Source: Chiloscyllium plagiosum (taxonomy: Eukaryota). From it: a DNA stretch of 64,000 bases. Location: assembly GCF_004010195.1 (NCBI RefSeq), contig NC_057751.1, positions 3,487,907-3,551,906 on the forward strand. Reading direction: 5' to 3'. This document shows positions 12,498 through 24,900 of the stretch, piece by piece; position 1 is the first letter of the stretch; the number at the start of each line of letters is the position of its first letter. A program made the position numbers and the translations under genes. The notes below the pieces were generated by a model. That model made no database searches and was not told the DNA's origin. It was given only the letters and a program-made list of their open reading frames with translations.

Positions 12498-13899
12498 GTG
12501 CTTGTTTGACTCCAACAGGGCAATCCAGGAGGAATTGGAAATAATATTGAGAGGCTTCAGACTCACCGTCAGACAGCTCCAAACAGAGGCAACTGGTCTC
12601 GCCAACACCAATTCCTATCATCCCTCTCATGGGGAAGACTCAATCTACTATTCTCCCTCCTGTGTCTGTCATGAACAGTGATGAAACGAGTTGCAGCAAT
12701 CCATAATACACTCGAACCATCTGTAAATTCTGTTTTCAGAGTCTGGGAGAGAGGGTGTGTAGAGAAAGAGAATCAAACTTTGTTTAAGAAGGATTGAAAA
12801 ACACAGTGAGGTGGTCAAATCCTGATCTCCTGCTCACTCTCTCTTCCCCCATCTTCCTGACGAACTGAAAACCATGGGCTTACCTCCTTCAGTTAGCAGA
12901 ACCCGCGTCAGCCCCTGGGACAATTCAATGAGACCACCCCCTGCCCTGAAATACTCAGTGCCCAATTGGGGTATTTGGTGCCCCATTTTGAAATAACAAG
13001 CGCCCAAAACATTTCCTTGGGGAAAAATAAACTTGCAGAAGTAGGGAAGAAAACATCTCAGAAAAATGTAACAGTGAAGCCCTTCTTCACACAGACTTGC
13101 AGCAGACATTGAGAAACCAGTGGTTTACTGGAGATAAAGCTCTGAAAAAACCACACAGAGGGTGGTGATCGACTCTACAGTAGAAGTGAAGCATTGGAGA
13201 GACATCAGTTTTGCATTGAGTTGAGCATTAATCAATTTTGAGGCACACCAAACCACATTGAAGAGGGTTTGACCCAAGCAGGATAAACCACACAAACCTG
13301 AAACAGTCCTTTTTCACACCTACTCAAAGACTCTGCAGGTAAAGTTGACTCAAAGTTCCCAGAGGTAATCAGAGCTGTTGACAGAGAGCTCGAGTTGGGC
13401 TGCGACCAGGCCTTGCACTGTCAGCTGCCTTTGAAGTCAATCCTGAGAGGGTGGAGAGATCTGTAACACAAAACAGCCCTCCGACTGTGTGGTGAGTTCA
13501 TGACAGTCATCATTTATCCCAGACAGTGAACACACTACTTACAGGAGTCTGCTGTTATCAGAATTAATCAACTCATGCCTTTGTTCACTTCAGTGGCCTC
13601 TCCCAACATGGGCATCATTCTCTTGACATTGTAGGTGTTTCCTGATTAAACAGTCTTCAAGAAATCATCTCTGGTCACACAGCGGGAACTTTCAGACACC
13701 CTCTTGTAGTTAAGCAATAACCAGAGGCAGAGGCCATTCGACCCATCAGCACTGATGCACCATTCATTCAGCTCAGGGCTTTCCTGTATCTCAACTCCAT
13801 CTACCCTCCAGATCCCCAATGTCCGAAGACAACAACGCTCAATCATCTTCACCTGAATGTTCCAACTGATTGGATGGGGGGTACGCAAGATTTGACATT

Positions 13900-14120
13900 G
13901 TGTTTCATTCAGTCATGGGACATGTGTGTCCCCGGCTGAGTCTCCCGAGTTTCCCTGGAGGACGTTGTGGCGAACTGCCTTCCTGAACCACTGCAGTCCT
14001 CGTGGCGTAGAGATCCCCACAGAGTGCTGTTTGGGAGATCCTTCCAGGGTTTTAACCCAGAAACCCTCTGGACGACAGAGGACGTCCCAAGCACTCAGGG
14101 ACAGATTGAGCCATTCAGTA
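13900..14120 (-). mobile_element. 3' end of a second CR1/L2-superfamily LINE
   Basis: Reverse complement of the 20445-20790 and 60440-61070 family (GAACTGCCTTCCTGAACCACTGCAGTCC). Confidence 0.7.
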
Positions 14121-14309
14121 CAACATGTGTTACCTGAACAGAGAACATGTAGCCACACAGTAATTGTGGATTGGTAAATCTAGTGACTGTCTGGAGAGAG
14201 GGATAGGCAGAGAGAGATGGGACTCTCCACTGTCACACATGGTCAGGTGCCAAGGAAACTTCAATGGGATGGAGTTAAAGAGAGAGAGGAAAATGCACAA
14301 TGGTCTGAA

Positions 14310-14870
14310 CTGCTGGGAGTAATCTCAGACCGTGAGTATGCCGAGGGTCTGGAGTCCCACACAGGCCAGACCAGGTAAACATGGAAGACAGCAGTGAACC
14401 AGATGGGCATTTCCGGACAATCAGCAGGAGTTTGACGGGCACCATGAGGACTGACTTTTCAGTCCGGGCTTTTATTGAGTTCCAGTATAGCCTGGGATTC
14501 AAACACCTGTCCCTGGGGATTTGGATTCCCAGCCCAGAGACATTATCACAAATGGGACCAGGTTAATGTTTTGGGAACAAGGGTTACGACCCACCATGAG
14601 AGATGGCGACATCTGAATTTAACGTCAATCTGGAATGAGAAAGAAAGGACAGTGGCAACCACGTAATCATTGCTGATTATGGTGACACATCTGCATGGTA
14701 GGAAATGAAATCTGCCAATGCTTACCTGGTCTGGCCTACATGTGACTCCAGACACACAGTTGACCTTCCAAGGCCCTCTGAAATGGTTTTACGTGCTCCC
14801 CATTTATAGAACACTCCCTGGCACATATCCGAGAGCAATTAGTCACAGGCAATAGATGTCAGCATCACAA
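14310..14870. mobile_element. Two oppositely oriented, diverged copies of a tRNA-derived SINE (14310-14545 minus, 14570-14870 plus)
   Basis: GGGTCTGGAGTCCCACACAGGCCAGACCAGGTAA versus CTTACCTGGTCTGGCCTACATGTGACTCCAGAC; family of 40640-40935. Confidence 0.7.
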
Positions 14871-14884
14871 CCCAGGTACAAATA

Positions 14885-16082
14885 TGACACAGGAGGTACA
14901 GTTAATAAGTTTGCAGATGACACCAATATTGATATTGTAGTGGACAGCGAAGAGGATTACCTCAGATTACAACAGGATCTTGATCAGATGGGCCAACGGG
15001 CTGAGAAGTGGCAGACCGAGTTTAATTTCGATAAATGTGAGGTGCTGCATTTTGGAAAAGCAAATCAGGGCAGAATTTATACACTTAATGGTAAGGCTCT
15101 GGGGAATGTTGCTGAACAAAAAGACCTTGGAGTGCAGGTTCATAGCTCCTTGAAAGTGGAGTCGCAGGTAGATAGGATAGTGAAGAAGGTGTTTGGTATG
15201 CTTTCCTTTATTGGTCAGAGTATTGAGTACAGGAGTTGGGAGGTCATGTTGCGGCTGTACAGGACATTGGTTAGACCATTGTTGGAATATTGTGTGCAAT
15301 TCTGGTCTCCCTGCTATAGGAAGGATGTTGTGAAACTTGAAACAGTTCAGAAAAGATCTACACAGACATTGCCAGGATTAAGGATTTGAGCTATAAGAAG
15401 AGGATGAAAAGGCATGGGCTATTTTCCCTGGAGCGTTGGAGGCTGAGTGGTAACCTTACAGAGATTCATAAATTCATGAGGTGCATCGATAGGCTAAATA
15501 GACAAGGTCTTTTCCCTGGGGTCGGGGAGTCCAGAACGAGAGGGCACAGNNNNNNNNNNNNNNNNNNNNNNNNNNNNNNNNNNNNNNNNNNNNNNNNNNN
15601 NNNNNNNNNNNNNNNNNNNNNNNNNNNNNNNNNNNNNNNNNNNNNNNNNNNNNNNNNNNNNNNNNNNNNNNNNNNNNNNNNNNNNNNNNNNNNNNNNNNN
15701 NNNNNNNNNNNNNNNNNNNNNNNNNNNNNNNNNNNNNNNNNNNNNNNNNNNNNNNNNNNNNNNNNNNNNNNNNNNNNNNNNNNNNNNNNNNNNNNNNNNN
15801 NNNNNNNNNNNNNNNNNNNNNNNNNNNNNNNNNNNNNNNNNNNNNNNNNNNNNNNNNNNNNNNNNNNNNNNNNNNNNNNNNNNNNNNNNNNNNNNNNNNN
15901 NNNNNNNNNNNNNNNNNNNNNNNNNNNNNNNNNNNNNNNNNNNNNNNNNNNNNNNNNNNNNNNNNNNNNNNNNNNNNNNNNNNNNNNNNNNNNNNNNNNN
16001 NNNNNNNNNNNNNNNNNNNNNNNNNNNNNNNNNNNNNNNNNNNNNNNNNTCTGTTTCCATGCTGTACATCACTATGACTCTA
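14885..16082 (+). mobile_element. 5'-truncated CR1 LINE (RT C-terminal half to 3' tail), spanning gap 15550-16049
   Basis: ORF 14856-15389: KFADDT, LQQDLD, KCEVLHFG, DLGVQV, LYRTLVRPLLEYCVQFWSP; 3' tail resumes after the gap. Confidence 0.95.
15550..16049. other. Assembly gap (N run)
   Basis: Run of N. Confidence 1.
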
Positions 16083-18789
16083 TAATTGTTTGCTTGCTTT
16101 TTCCTAGTGCCAAGGACGTAAGGAAGATGAGGATTTGGAAGTTGAGGTAGTGAGAGACAAAGAACCATTGGATGCTTGTGAAGACAGGGATCAGGGTAGT
16201 ATGGAATGCAATGCCAGTGCTCAAGCGGCTTCTATTTGAGAAAAGAAAGGGACTGATTTTCTTTCATTTTCTTCAGTTTTCCCATCTCCATCCTTTGGCG
16301 ATGGCTGATGAAGTTATCCCGCTGGGTTCCTGGAGAAAGTCAGTCCTTGGTTGGAAGGCATGCTGACCCAGGCCCGCGAGAAGAGTCTCCAAAGATCTCG
16401 CAGCTCAGTGACTCACAGGCCTGGTGTTAAAACTTACTTCATTCCTACCACGGACACTCTGACACACACAGTTACAGAGATACAGAAATGAAGTGGTGTG
16501 CAGCATGTGTAAGGAGAGTATCCCATTCAGCAGTAAGGGGAGGAGCTTCACATCGTGAAACTGCCATTCATATTATTATCTCAATGCACATCTTGTGCAC
16601 GTTACTGTATCAGCACAGCTGAGGAAATACATTTGGTACACGACAGGGAGGCAGCCTCACAAAGGAGGCACTTTAGCTCCTGAGGATAGACCCCTTCATG
16701 CACTTGTGGGAGTCACATCACTGAGGAGAGTCCCCTCTGCAAAACTGAGTCAAAACTTACCTCAAAGTTAGCAAATGAGGAGACAATTGCTTCGGTCTGG
16801 GGATTATGCATTCTCTCATTCAAAGATAAGTCACAAATAAACAGAATGAACTCCCCAGTCACAAAGCTGAGAAAGCTCTTCATTGCAAAAGCACTTGTTG
16901 AGATGTTTTGGAAGTGCGAGTACTGATGGTGACAGCGGTGTTCCACATGAGGCGGACAAGAATTGAAATTTCCCTTGGCAGTACATTTTGCTGGCACAGA
17001 GGGAAAACATAGTGAGGTGCTAACGATAAGAAGGCACACAGGTTTCAATTCTGCAGAGAAAAAGTGAATTCTCGGTGAATAGGAAAACATATCTTGTGAA
17101 GAGGAAGTCTGGTGATGGTCTGGTTTTTTTTTGGGAAGAAATATAGCCTTCCAAAATCTCAGCTTGGTCAAATAAGGAATGGCTATTGTCCAAACCATAA
17201 AAAACAAGGAGAAAGTACTGTCGAACAACTCAGCAGAGGGACCTGACTCTTCCTAATTCTTCCTGATTGGATTTGACTACGCTTACAACTTAATCACACC
17301 GGAAGTTGGAAAGTACAATGGGGTGTGTCATGTGGAAAAAAATAAAGATGGTTTGGAAAGAAATGCCCGGGGGCTGACCCCACCCTCTGCAGGCCTGCCC
17401 CCACACTCAAATGTCAGCTCATCATATTATCAATCCCAAGGGTTTAGACTGACTCAGTAAACAGACCAAGAATAGATTGGTGAGAGAGTGCTTTGTTCCA
17501 GAGGGATTTTGAACAAAAGCACTTCTCAGGCTGCAGTGCTTTCTGCTACTTGGTAGCATGGTGAACTGTACCGACCGGTGATGCTCTAAAAGGAGCACGT
17601 GTAGGCTCATTAACTCTGTGAGAAGAAAGATAAGGAAGTCCTGTGTTTCTGCAGCTCCTTTTGGCAGGCTCAGAATGTTTCAAAGGCCGGTATCGCCAAG
17701 GATTCGCTTCTTGTGTAATCACTGTTGCAACAGGAGCAAACTCAGCAGTCAATCTACGAACAGCCAAATCCCACAAACAGCGGTATGATCCATAACCAGA
17801 TAAGCCGCTAAAGTGACAGAAGGCTGTGTTGCTCCCTGGAACCAGGATACCTCCCCCCGCCACACCACTTCATGTTTGGAAGGCTGACCAATGAGGCCTT
17901 TTACACCCGGTTGAGAGGACAGGCAGGTACCATGCTTAAACAGCTACCTTCAAGGTAACACTGGCCACTCCTCACAGACCCACCAGGCCATGAACAGGCT
18001 CTTTGTAAACCAACTGGATAGCCCTTCCCTCTCAGTCCTCAACTCGTCACACGTGTGTGAATCCCGGAAACAACAAATAAAAAAAGATGAATACATTCAA
18101 TAAAATAAAAAGGATGTTTGCCAAGGAAGAATTTTGTCCTGTGTTTGTTTGAGACAGATTTATCTCTCTTTCCGATAGATTCCAGGGCAATTCCAGAAAG
18201 TCCGCAAACTGCATTTGGGAATGGTAGTAATTGCTGTAGCAGAATAATGAGGGAGCGTTACCGTACATCGATACCCGACCTGGGAGTCCCTCACTTCTAT
18301 GGTTGCTATGTAAATTGCTTTATTTTAAAACTCAAACTTCCTTTACTATGGAAATGGAGAGCAGCACAAACATCTGATGTGAGCCACACATTCACCTCTG
18401 CACTGAGGAATGAGGGAGGTTATGGGGGAGTTGTTTTATGTTTTTCTGCTCCAGGAAGCCTCGGTTCAAGTCTTATCTGGTCCGAGGATGTGTTATCAAA
18501 CACAACAGGCTGATTAAAACCTGAGGATGGGTTCTCCTGAAGTGAATGGCTCTGATATCAGTTTCTGTTCCATTGTCACATCATGACTCTGACATTAGCA
18601 TTTGCAACTTGCAGGATAGACATATAAATGTTGTAATCCGCTCAAACATAACAAGCCATGTCAGACAATTAAATACAACATTGACACTCAGTTAAGATTT
18701 ACTTTGTGAGATTGTGTGGAAAAAATGGCAAACTGTTGTCAATTTTACATCTCTACAATTTTCACGGTGCTTTGGGTCAAAGAGCAAGT

Positions 18790-19895
18790 CCACCATCACA
18801 CTCACCATTATCCCAGCTCCACACTCCCCATCATCCCAACACCTCACCCACCACCATCCCAGCTCCACACTCACAATCATCCCAGCTCCTCACCCACCTC
18901 CATCCCAACACCACACTCACCACCATCCCAACACCACACTCACCACCATCCCAGCACCACACCCACCACCATCCCAGCTCCACACTCACAATCATCCCAG
19001 CTCCTCACCCACCACCCTTCCAACACCATACTCACAATCATCCCAGCACCTCACCCACCTCCATCCCAACACCACACTCACCACCATCCCANNNNNNNNN
19101 NNNNNNNNNNNNNNNNNNNNNNNNNNNNNNNNNNNNNNNNNNNNNNNNNNNNNNNNNNNNNNNNNNNNNNNNNNNNNNNNNNNNNNNNNNNNNNNNNNNN
19201 NNNNNNNNNNNNNNNNNNNNNNNNNNNNNNNNNNNNNNNNNNNNNNNNNNNNNNNNNNNNNNNNNNNNNNNNNNNNNNNNNNNNNNNNNNNNNNNNNNNN
19301 NNNNNNNNNNNNNNNNNNNNNNNNNNNNNNNNNNNNNNNNNNNNNNNNNNNNNNNNNNNNNNNNNNNNNNNNNNNNNNNNNNNNNNNNNNNNNNNNNNNN
19401 NNNNNNNNNNNNNNNNNNNNNNNNNNNNNNNNNNNNNNNNNNNNNNNNNNNNNNNNNNNNNNNNNNNNNNNNNNNNNNNNNNNNNNNNNNNNNNNNNNNN
19501 NNNNNNNNNNNNNNNNNNNNNNNNNNNNNNNNNNNNNNNNNNNNNNNNNNNNNNNNNNNNNNNNNNNNNNNNNNNNNNNNNNNNNNNNNNNNNNNNNNNN
19601 NNNNNNNNNNNNNNNNNNNNNNNNNNNNNNNNNNNNNNNNNNNNNNNNNNNNNNNNNNNNNNNNNNNNNNNNNNNNNNNNNNNNNNNNNNNNNNNNNNNN
19701 NNNNNNNNNNNNNNNNNNNNNNNNNNNNNNNNNNNNNNNNNNNNNNNNNNNNNNNNNNNNNNNNNNNNNNNNNNNNNNNNNNNNNNTCACCCACCACTAT
19801 CTCAGCACTACACCCACCGCCATCCCAGCACCATACCCACCACCATCCCACCACACCCACCACCATCCCAGCACAATATCCACCACCATCCCAAA
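18790..19895. repeat. 23-bp C/A-rich minisatellite (consensus about CACCACCATCCCAGCACCACACT), centre in gap
   Basis: Tandem variants on both sides of gap 19092-19786. Confidence 0.9.
19092..19786. other. Assembly gap (N run)
   Basis: Run of N. Confidence 1.
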
Positions 19896-20174
19896 CGGCC
19901 TGTTTCCACACTGTGGGGAATCGAATCTAATCTCATCTAATTCTCATTCCTTGTGAGTCTCCTTTCAGTGAGTGCAGACATTCCTGGTGCATTTCAACAT
20001 TGCCTCCAGGGTTTAAGAGCACCCTTTCCCCAAACAGGCGGCTTTCAATCTGGCACCATTTAAATCTCAGCAGTACTAAGGGCCCTCCTGTATGCATTGG
20101 ACATGTGCATAATGTACAGCAGGCACCTTCAATCCCTTGAAGAATATCACTCATGACACCACTGCTAAGTCCTC

Positions 20175-20420
20175 CAGATTGGCTGTCCAATGTCAGTGCG
20201 GTCTCCCAGACTGACATCCCCAGTATCCAGGCACTGGTTACAGTCAATCAGCTGAAGTGGGCTGGGCCACTTTCTCCACAAGCCTGGCACAGGACTCCAA
20301 GAGCAAACTCTCAACTCTCACAGCATGGAGTTACCAGGAGGACACAGGGAATGCTTCAAGGATGTCCTGAAAACTTCCTGAACAATGCAGTATCCCAATG
20401 AACCCATGGGAATCTTCCGT
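20175..20420 (+). mobile_element. RTE-clade LINE fragment
   Basis: WLSNVSAVSQTDIPSIQALVTVNQLKWAG resembles the RTE post-RT motif (..N..VL..A..PSIE..L...QLRWAGH). Confidence 0.7.
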
Positions 20421-20444
20421 CCAAAATTGCACAAACTGCATCTG

Positions 20445-20790
20445 AACATGTACTGCAGAAACTCAGCAAGGCTAATAAGACAGCACCTTCCAAACCCACG
20501 CCAATTTCCATGTGGTAGGACAAGGGAAGTAGATACGTGGGAACACCACCCTCTGCAAGTTCCCCTCCAAGCCACTCACCATCCTAATTTGGAAATATAT
20601 CATCGTTCCTTCACTGTCACTGGGTCAGAATCCTGGAACTCCTCTGTGAATGGCATTGTGGATCTACCTGCAGCATGCTGACTGAAACAGCTCAAGGAGG
20701 CAGCTCACCACCACCTTCTCAAGGGACAACTAGGGACGGGCAATAAATACTGGACCCAGCCAGTGATACCCCAAATTCCATGCATGAATG
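20445..20790 (+). mobile_element. 3' end of second CR1/L2-superfamily LINE
   Basis: MYCRNSARLIRQHLPNP; tail GGCAGCTCACCACCACCTTCTCAAGGG...GGGCAATAAATACTGG...CATGAATGAA. Confidence 0.85.
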
Positions 20791-22254
20791 AAAGAAGAAG
20801 AAGCTGGCCATGTTGAGTGTCTCCAACAGGTCCTGCTGGAGGCCAAGCACAGACAGTGAACAGAGTGTGTGAACAATCCACATAGCTGCCTCACCGGCAC
20901 TGCAGTGTTCACTTACCTTTGGACCCACAACTCCACACCAGAACACAAGAGAGTCATCTTTGATCCTGAGGGAGAAGATGGAGACAGCGAGCTGGAAAGG
21001 ATGAGAGTTGTGTTGAGAAGGTGAGAGAATGGCTCCAGATAAATTCCTCATTAAGACAGCCAGTGCAGACATGATAGGCCAAATGGCTTCCTTGTGAACT
21101 GTAACCAATTTCCATCGTGATAGGTTCAGATGTCCACAGTTGACCTATCCTCGGTTTCCCTATCCAGAAATAGGCAGTGTTGTGAAGGGAAATTCCGCTG
21201 GCAAGGCTGAAGCACACTTCTCTGGTCAAACTTGATGTCCTCCGCCCTGACCCAAACATCTGGTCTGCACCTGCCAGTAGCTGCCTTTTGGAACAACCTA
21301 CTGAAAGGTGTGGGGAGCTGTGCCGTGCTGACTCTATCCATTATTTTTACATCCATTCAGACAGACGAACCCAGTGCTGGTGTGTGTGCTCTACACGGAT
21401 CACCTCACCTTATCTCACTCAGTCAGCACATCCTTGTCTCCCCAACATTTCAGTGAACTTACCGTGTAATCCCTGAGGCTGTGGCCTCCTTTCAGGTGTT
21501 TGGCCAGAAGCCTCGACAGACTCTTTAACATTCCTCCTCCCTTTCCAGCTGCTCCTGCCTCATCCCCACTTGGATCTTGTCCCCGAATCTATGACAGACA
21601 GACACCAAAATAATGTGGTGGAGCTTCACAACGTTCATCATTCTTCCTGCAACACATTCTCCCTTCCTTTTGGTTGGTCCTTCTTTATTTGCATTTTAAC
21701 AGATACTTTCTCATCAACCTGTTCCAAGATATAATGATGCAAGGTGGGACTTGAACTCAGACAGAGCAACCCTACCTTAACAATACTGCAAATCACAAAT
21801 TAATTCCCAACATCTATTTGCCTTATTATTTCAAACTCCGAGGCATTTAATATCCCCTTCACAGAATTGAATTGGAAATTGTTCACATTTCACATTTCTG
21901 GACAGCAACATTTGAAATCGAGGGCAGGAAAAGAGAGGCCAATCTGACCTGATAATAATGCATCATCCCTTGATACTGTCTGCTGCTTCCTGCAAGTCCA
22001 TGGAGAGGCTGAAAAGGCAGAAAATTCTCTGGAGAATTCTCCGCGGAGCCTGTCAAGGGATCAGAATCGGTTCAGGACACCAGATGGATCAAAGGGAATC
22101 TCTAAAGCAACTTGCTGTCACTGATTGTAAGGCACTTTGGGAATCCGAAGGTTGGGAAAGGTACTTGATGTAAGCTCATTTATCTTGCTCCTTTCTTTCA
22201 CTGAGACATTGGAATCTTCAATCAGGAACTTTGGTCTTGAAGACTGATTTCTGG

Positions 22255-22945
22255 TGAAAGATGGCAGTGGAGTAACAAGGCTCTTGCCCAGGGCCCATCC
22301 GCTCCGATCTGCTTTCCTATTTCACTTTATTTTCCTTTCCTTTTGGTTTTCTTTTCTGTGGTGGGTTGGCCAGCAGCAGCAAGGGTGGGCCACATGCAGA
22401 GTGGCAGATGTGGCTGCTCATGGCGATAGGAGGCTGCTGCCACATAAGGCCATTCTCCTGCCATTCGGGGCATGTGCCAGCGATCAGGGATAGTGGCCTT
22501 GGCAGCAGGAGACTCTTCAAGATGGTGGCACTGGCAAGGTGACATCTGCAGACGAGGCATGACTTGGCCTGACTTGTCAGGGGCCCTGGTTGCTGGACGA
22601 GTGTGGGCTCAGTGGTGAAGAGATGGTACATAAAATGGGATGACTCCGACATGGGTGGTTCTGGGGCAGGCTGTGGAGGTCTCCTGTGGCACAGACAGGG
22701 TCAGAAAGACTGTTATTCTCAACTTCTTACTTGGTTATTTTTCTAATTTACTCCTATAACCTATAATTTTGGACTATTTATTTCTTAACTTTTCTGATTT
22801 CATTTTATTTCCTAAGAATTTGATGCCAAATATCTGTACCAAGGTACCCAGTGCCTAAAATGGCGTTGTAATGCGGCGATGGTTGACTTTTCACTGAACA
22901 CATTTGAGTACATATCACAATAAAGCTAGTTTAATTCAATTCAAG
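22255..22945 (+). mobile_element. Probable non-autonomous retroposon with a Rex1/Babar-like 3' tail
   Basis: GC-rich body ending CTTTTCACTG...GAGTACATATCACAATAAAGCTAGTTTAATTCAATTCAA; no coding homology recognised. Confidence 0.5.
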
Positions 22946-24554
22946 ACAATAAGTGAGCACCCACTACACAAATCGACACTCTCCATTCACCATCTTACCA
23001 CCCTCTGAGAAATCCAGTCTTATCCAACTTGACAGTAGCAACTGTAACGGAGCAAATTTCATCATCACCATCGTCTCTACCACATCAGGAGCCTTTTCGA
23101 AGGCAATGTAATTTCTCATTTCCATCCCGACACTCAGTGAAACAAGCTTGAGGAACAGATCCTGAGTGAAAAAATCAGGTTTATCCACATGCAGGCAAAG
23201 ATACAAAAGAGAGAAGTGACCTGTCTTCCTCAAAGCAGGGCTGGCTGGAAATTCCACTTCACAATACGGGCCTTTATCTCAAAACAAATGGAAGGAAAAT
23301 CAAGTCCGGTTCCACCATGGTTGGATAATGTCTCCTGCTCAGATTTTCTCTCTGTCTTCAGCCTGCACTGTTTTGGGTGGTGACTGGGATCGTCAGGAGC
23401 TCGGCACATTGGATGGAGTAGTGATGAAAGCCTGTGACAACATTGTTATGGGCAATCTGTCGTGGTATTGTTCTGTGGCGTGTCAGGATACACAGATCCT
23501 CTTTGAATCTGACTCTGGGTGATCCTCATGTTGTTGTTTCATTCACTTTCAATCCACTGCTCTGCTTGTCTCCCTTCTTATTTCTCTCTCGTGCCAACAA
23601 CTCTCTTTTGTGATGGTGTTCTAGGAGAAGGGGCTGTATTTGCATTGGGAGTACAAGGGCATGTAGCCCAATTAGCTTCCTTCCCATCATCTTACCTGAC
23701 TAGTCCTGCTTCCTCACACCCATCATATCCTTTCCCATTACTCATTACCAACTTCCATGTCCCTCTTGCCTGCGTTGCTCCTCCTGCTTCCTCCCTCTTG
23801 AATAAGCTGCTCACCCTGTTCTGCTCAGCTCTCTGTCCCTCACACACCCATAAATCTCCATTCATTCCCACTACTTAGACTTGCTCTACTAAGGACAGTT
23901 GACATGCGGCTGGAGGAGCAATAACTAGTTTCTCTCTTCCTCTATGATAATGATTTCCATCAAAGAGAATTGACTAGCTTTCAAAACCCAACCAATTTGT
24001 TTTGAAAATAAATCAAATTAGAATGAGGTAAGTTACTGCATTTCTGCAGTGTCTGTCTGGCCTACAGATATGAGAAGTTAGAATCTGTGCAGAGGTGTTC
24101 ATACTTTGGTATTGATATTGATATCTTTGCGTTGGCAACACAATACAGGTGAGGTCATGAGCTGAGTTCAAAATGTAATCTTTATCTCATTACAGTATTA
24201 CACAATAAAAGACAAACTTCCCACCCCTGTCTTTCTCTCCATTTTGTCCTGACTGCACTACCTCTCCCAAAGAAATGCTTTAACAGATGTGTCATCACAA
24301 CACACTCACTGCTCTCCCTCACACACACAGGCACATCCTCTTAGCTCAAAGAATAACTCCTTTGTGTGTTTACCTGAATGAAGCTTTGAAATGTCCCTTC
24401 TTGTTCCTCTTCATTTAATTTGAAAAAAAAGGACAATCTACTTTAAACTGGAGGAAAAGTGTTCCCTTGTGACAGCTGACGACAGCAGAAATTGCAACTT
24501 GCACACCTGATTTTTGGAAGGGGCTGTTTCCCAGTTTCAGGGATGAGGAAACAT

Positions 24555-24900
24555 AATTATGGGGATGGAATTTGGCAGAGGTATTCAAAATCATGAAAAG
24601 CCTGGGCAGATTCAAAAGGAAGAAATTGTTCCCACATGTAAAACAGTCAAATTGAAACTAATTGGCAAATGAAGCACAAGTGACATCAGAGAAAACTTTC
24701 TCATGCAGCAAGCGGTTCAGGTCTGGAATACACTGCCTGAGAGTGTGATGGAGGCAAGGTCAGTTATCTGGAGAGGAACAATGTACACAGTCACGGGGAG
24801 AAGGTGAGAGAATGGAGCAAAGTAAATTGCTGATTTGGAGAATCTGTGCAGACATAATGGGCTGAATGGCCTCCTTCTGTGCTGTCAACAACACTGTGTC
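24555..24900 (+). mobile_element. Old CR1 3' fragment
   Basis: GAGGTATTCAAAATCATGA...GTCTGGAATACACTGCCTGAGAGTGTGATGGAGGCA...GGGCTGAATGGCCTCCTTCTGTGCTG. Confidence 0.8.

Noticed and set aside
16713-17228. 171-aa minus-strand ORF in unique sequence
   Set aside because: No recognisable domain, non-ATG start and unremarkable composition; kept only as part of a possible exon
8602-19956. Long ORFs in the track (8602-9820, 15386-16168, 18706-19956; also 49243-49636 and 53104-53638)
   Set aside because: Their length comes from N runs. The His/Pro/Thr-rich peptides are translations of the minisatellite, which is open in all three frames.
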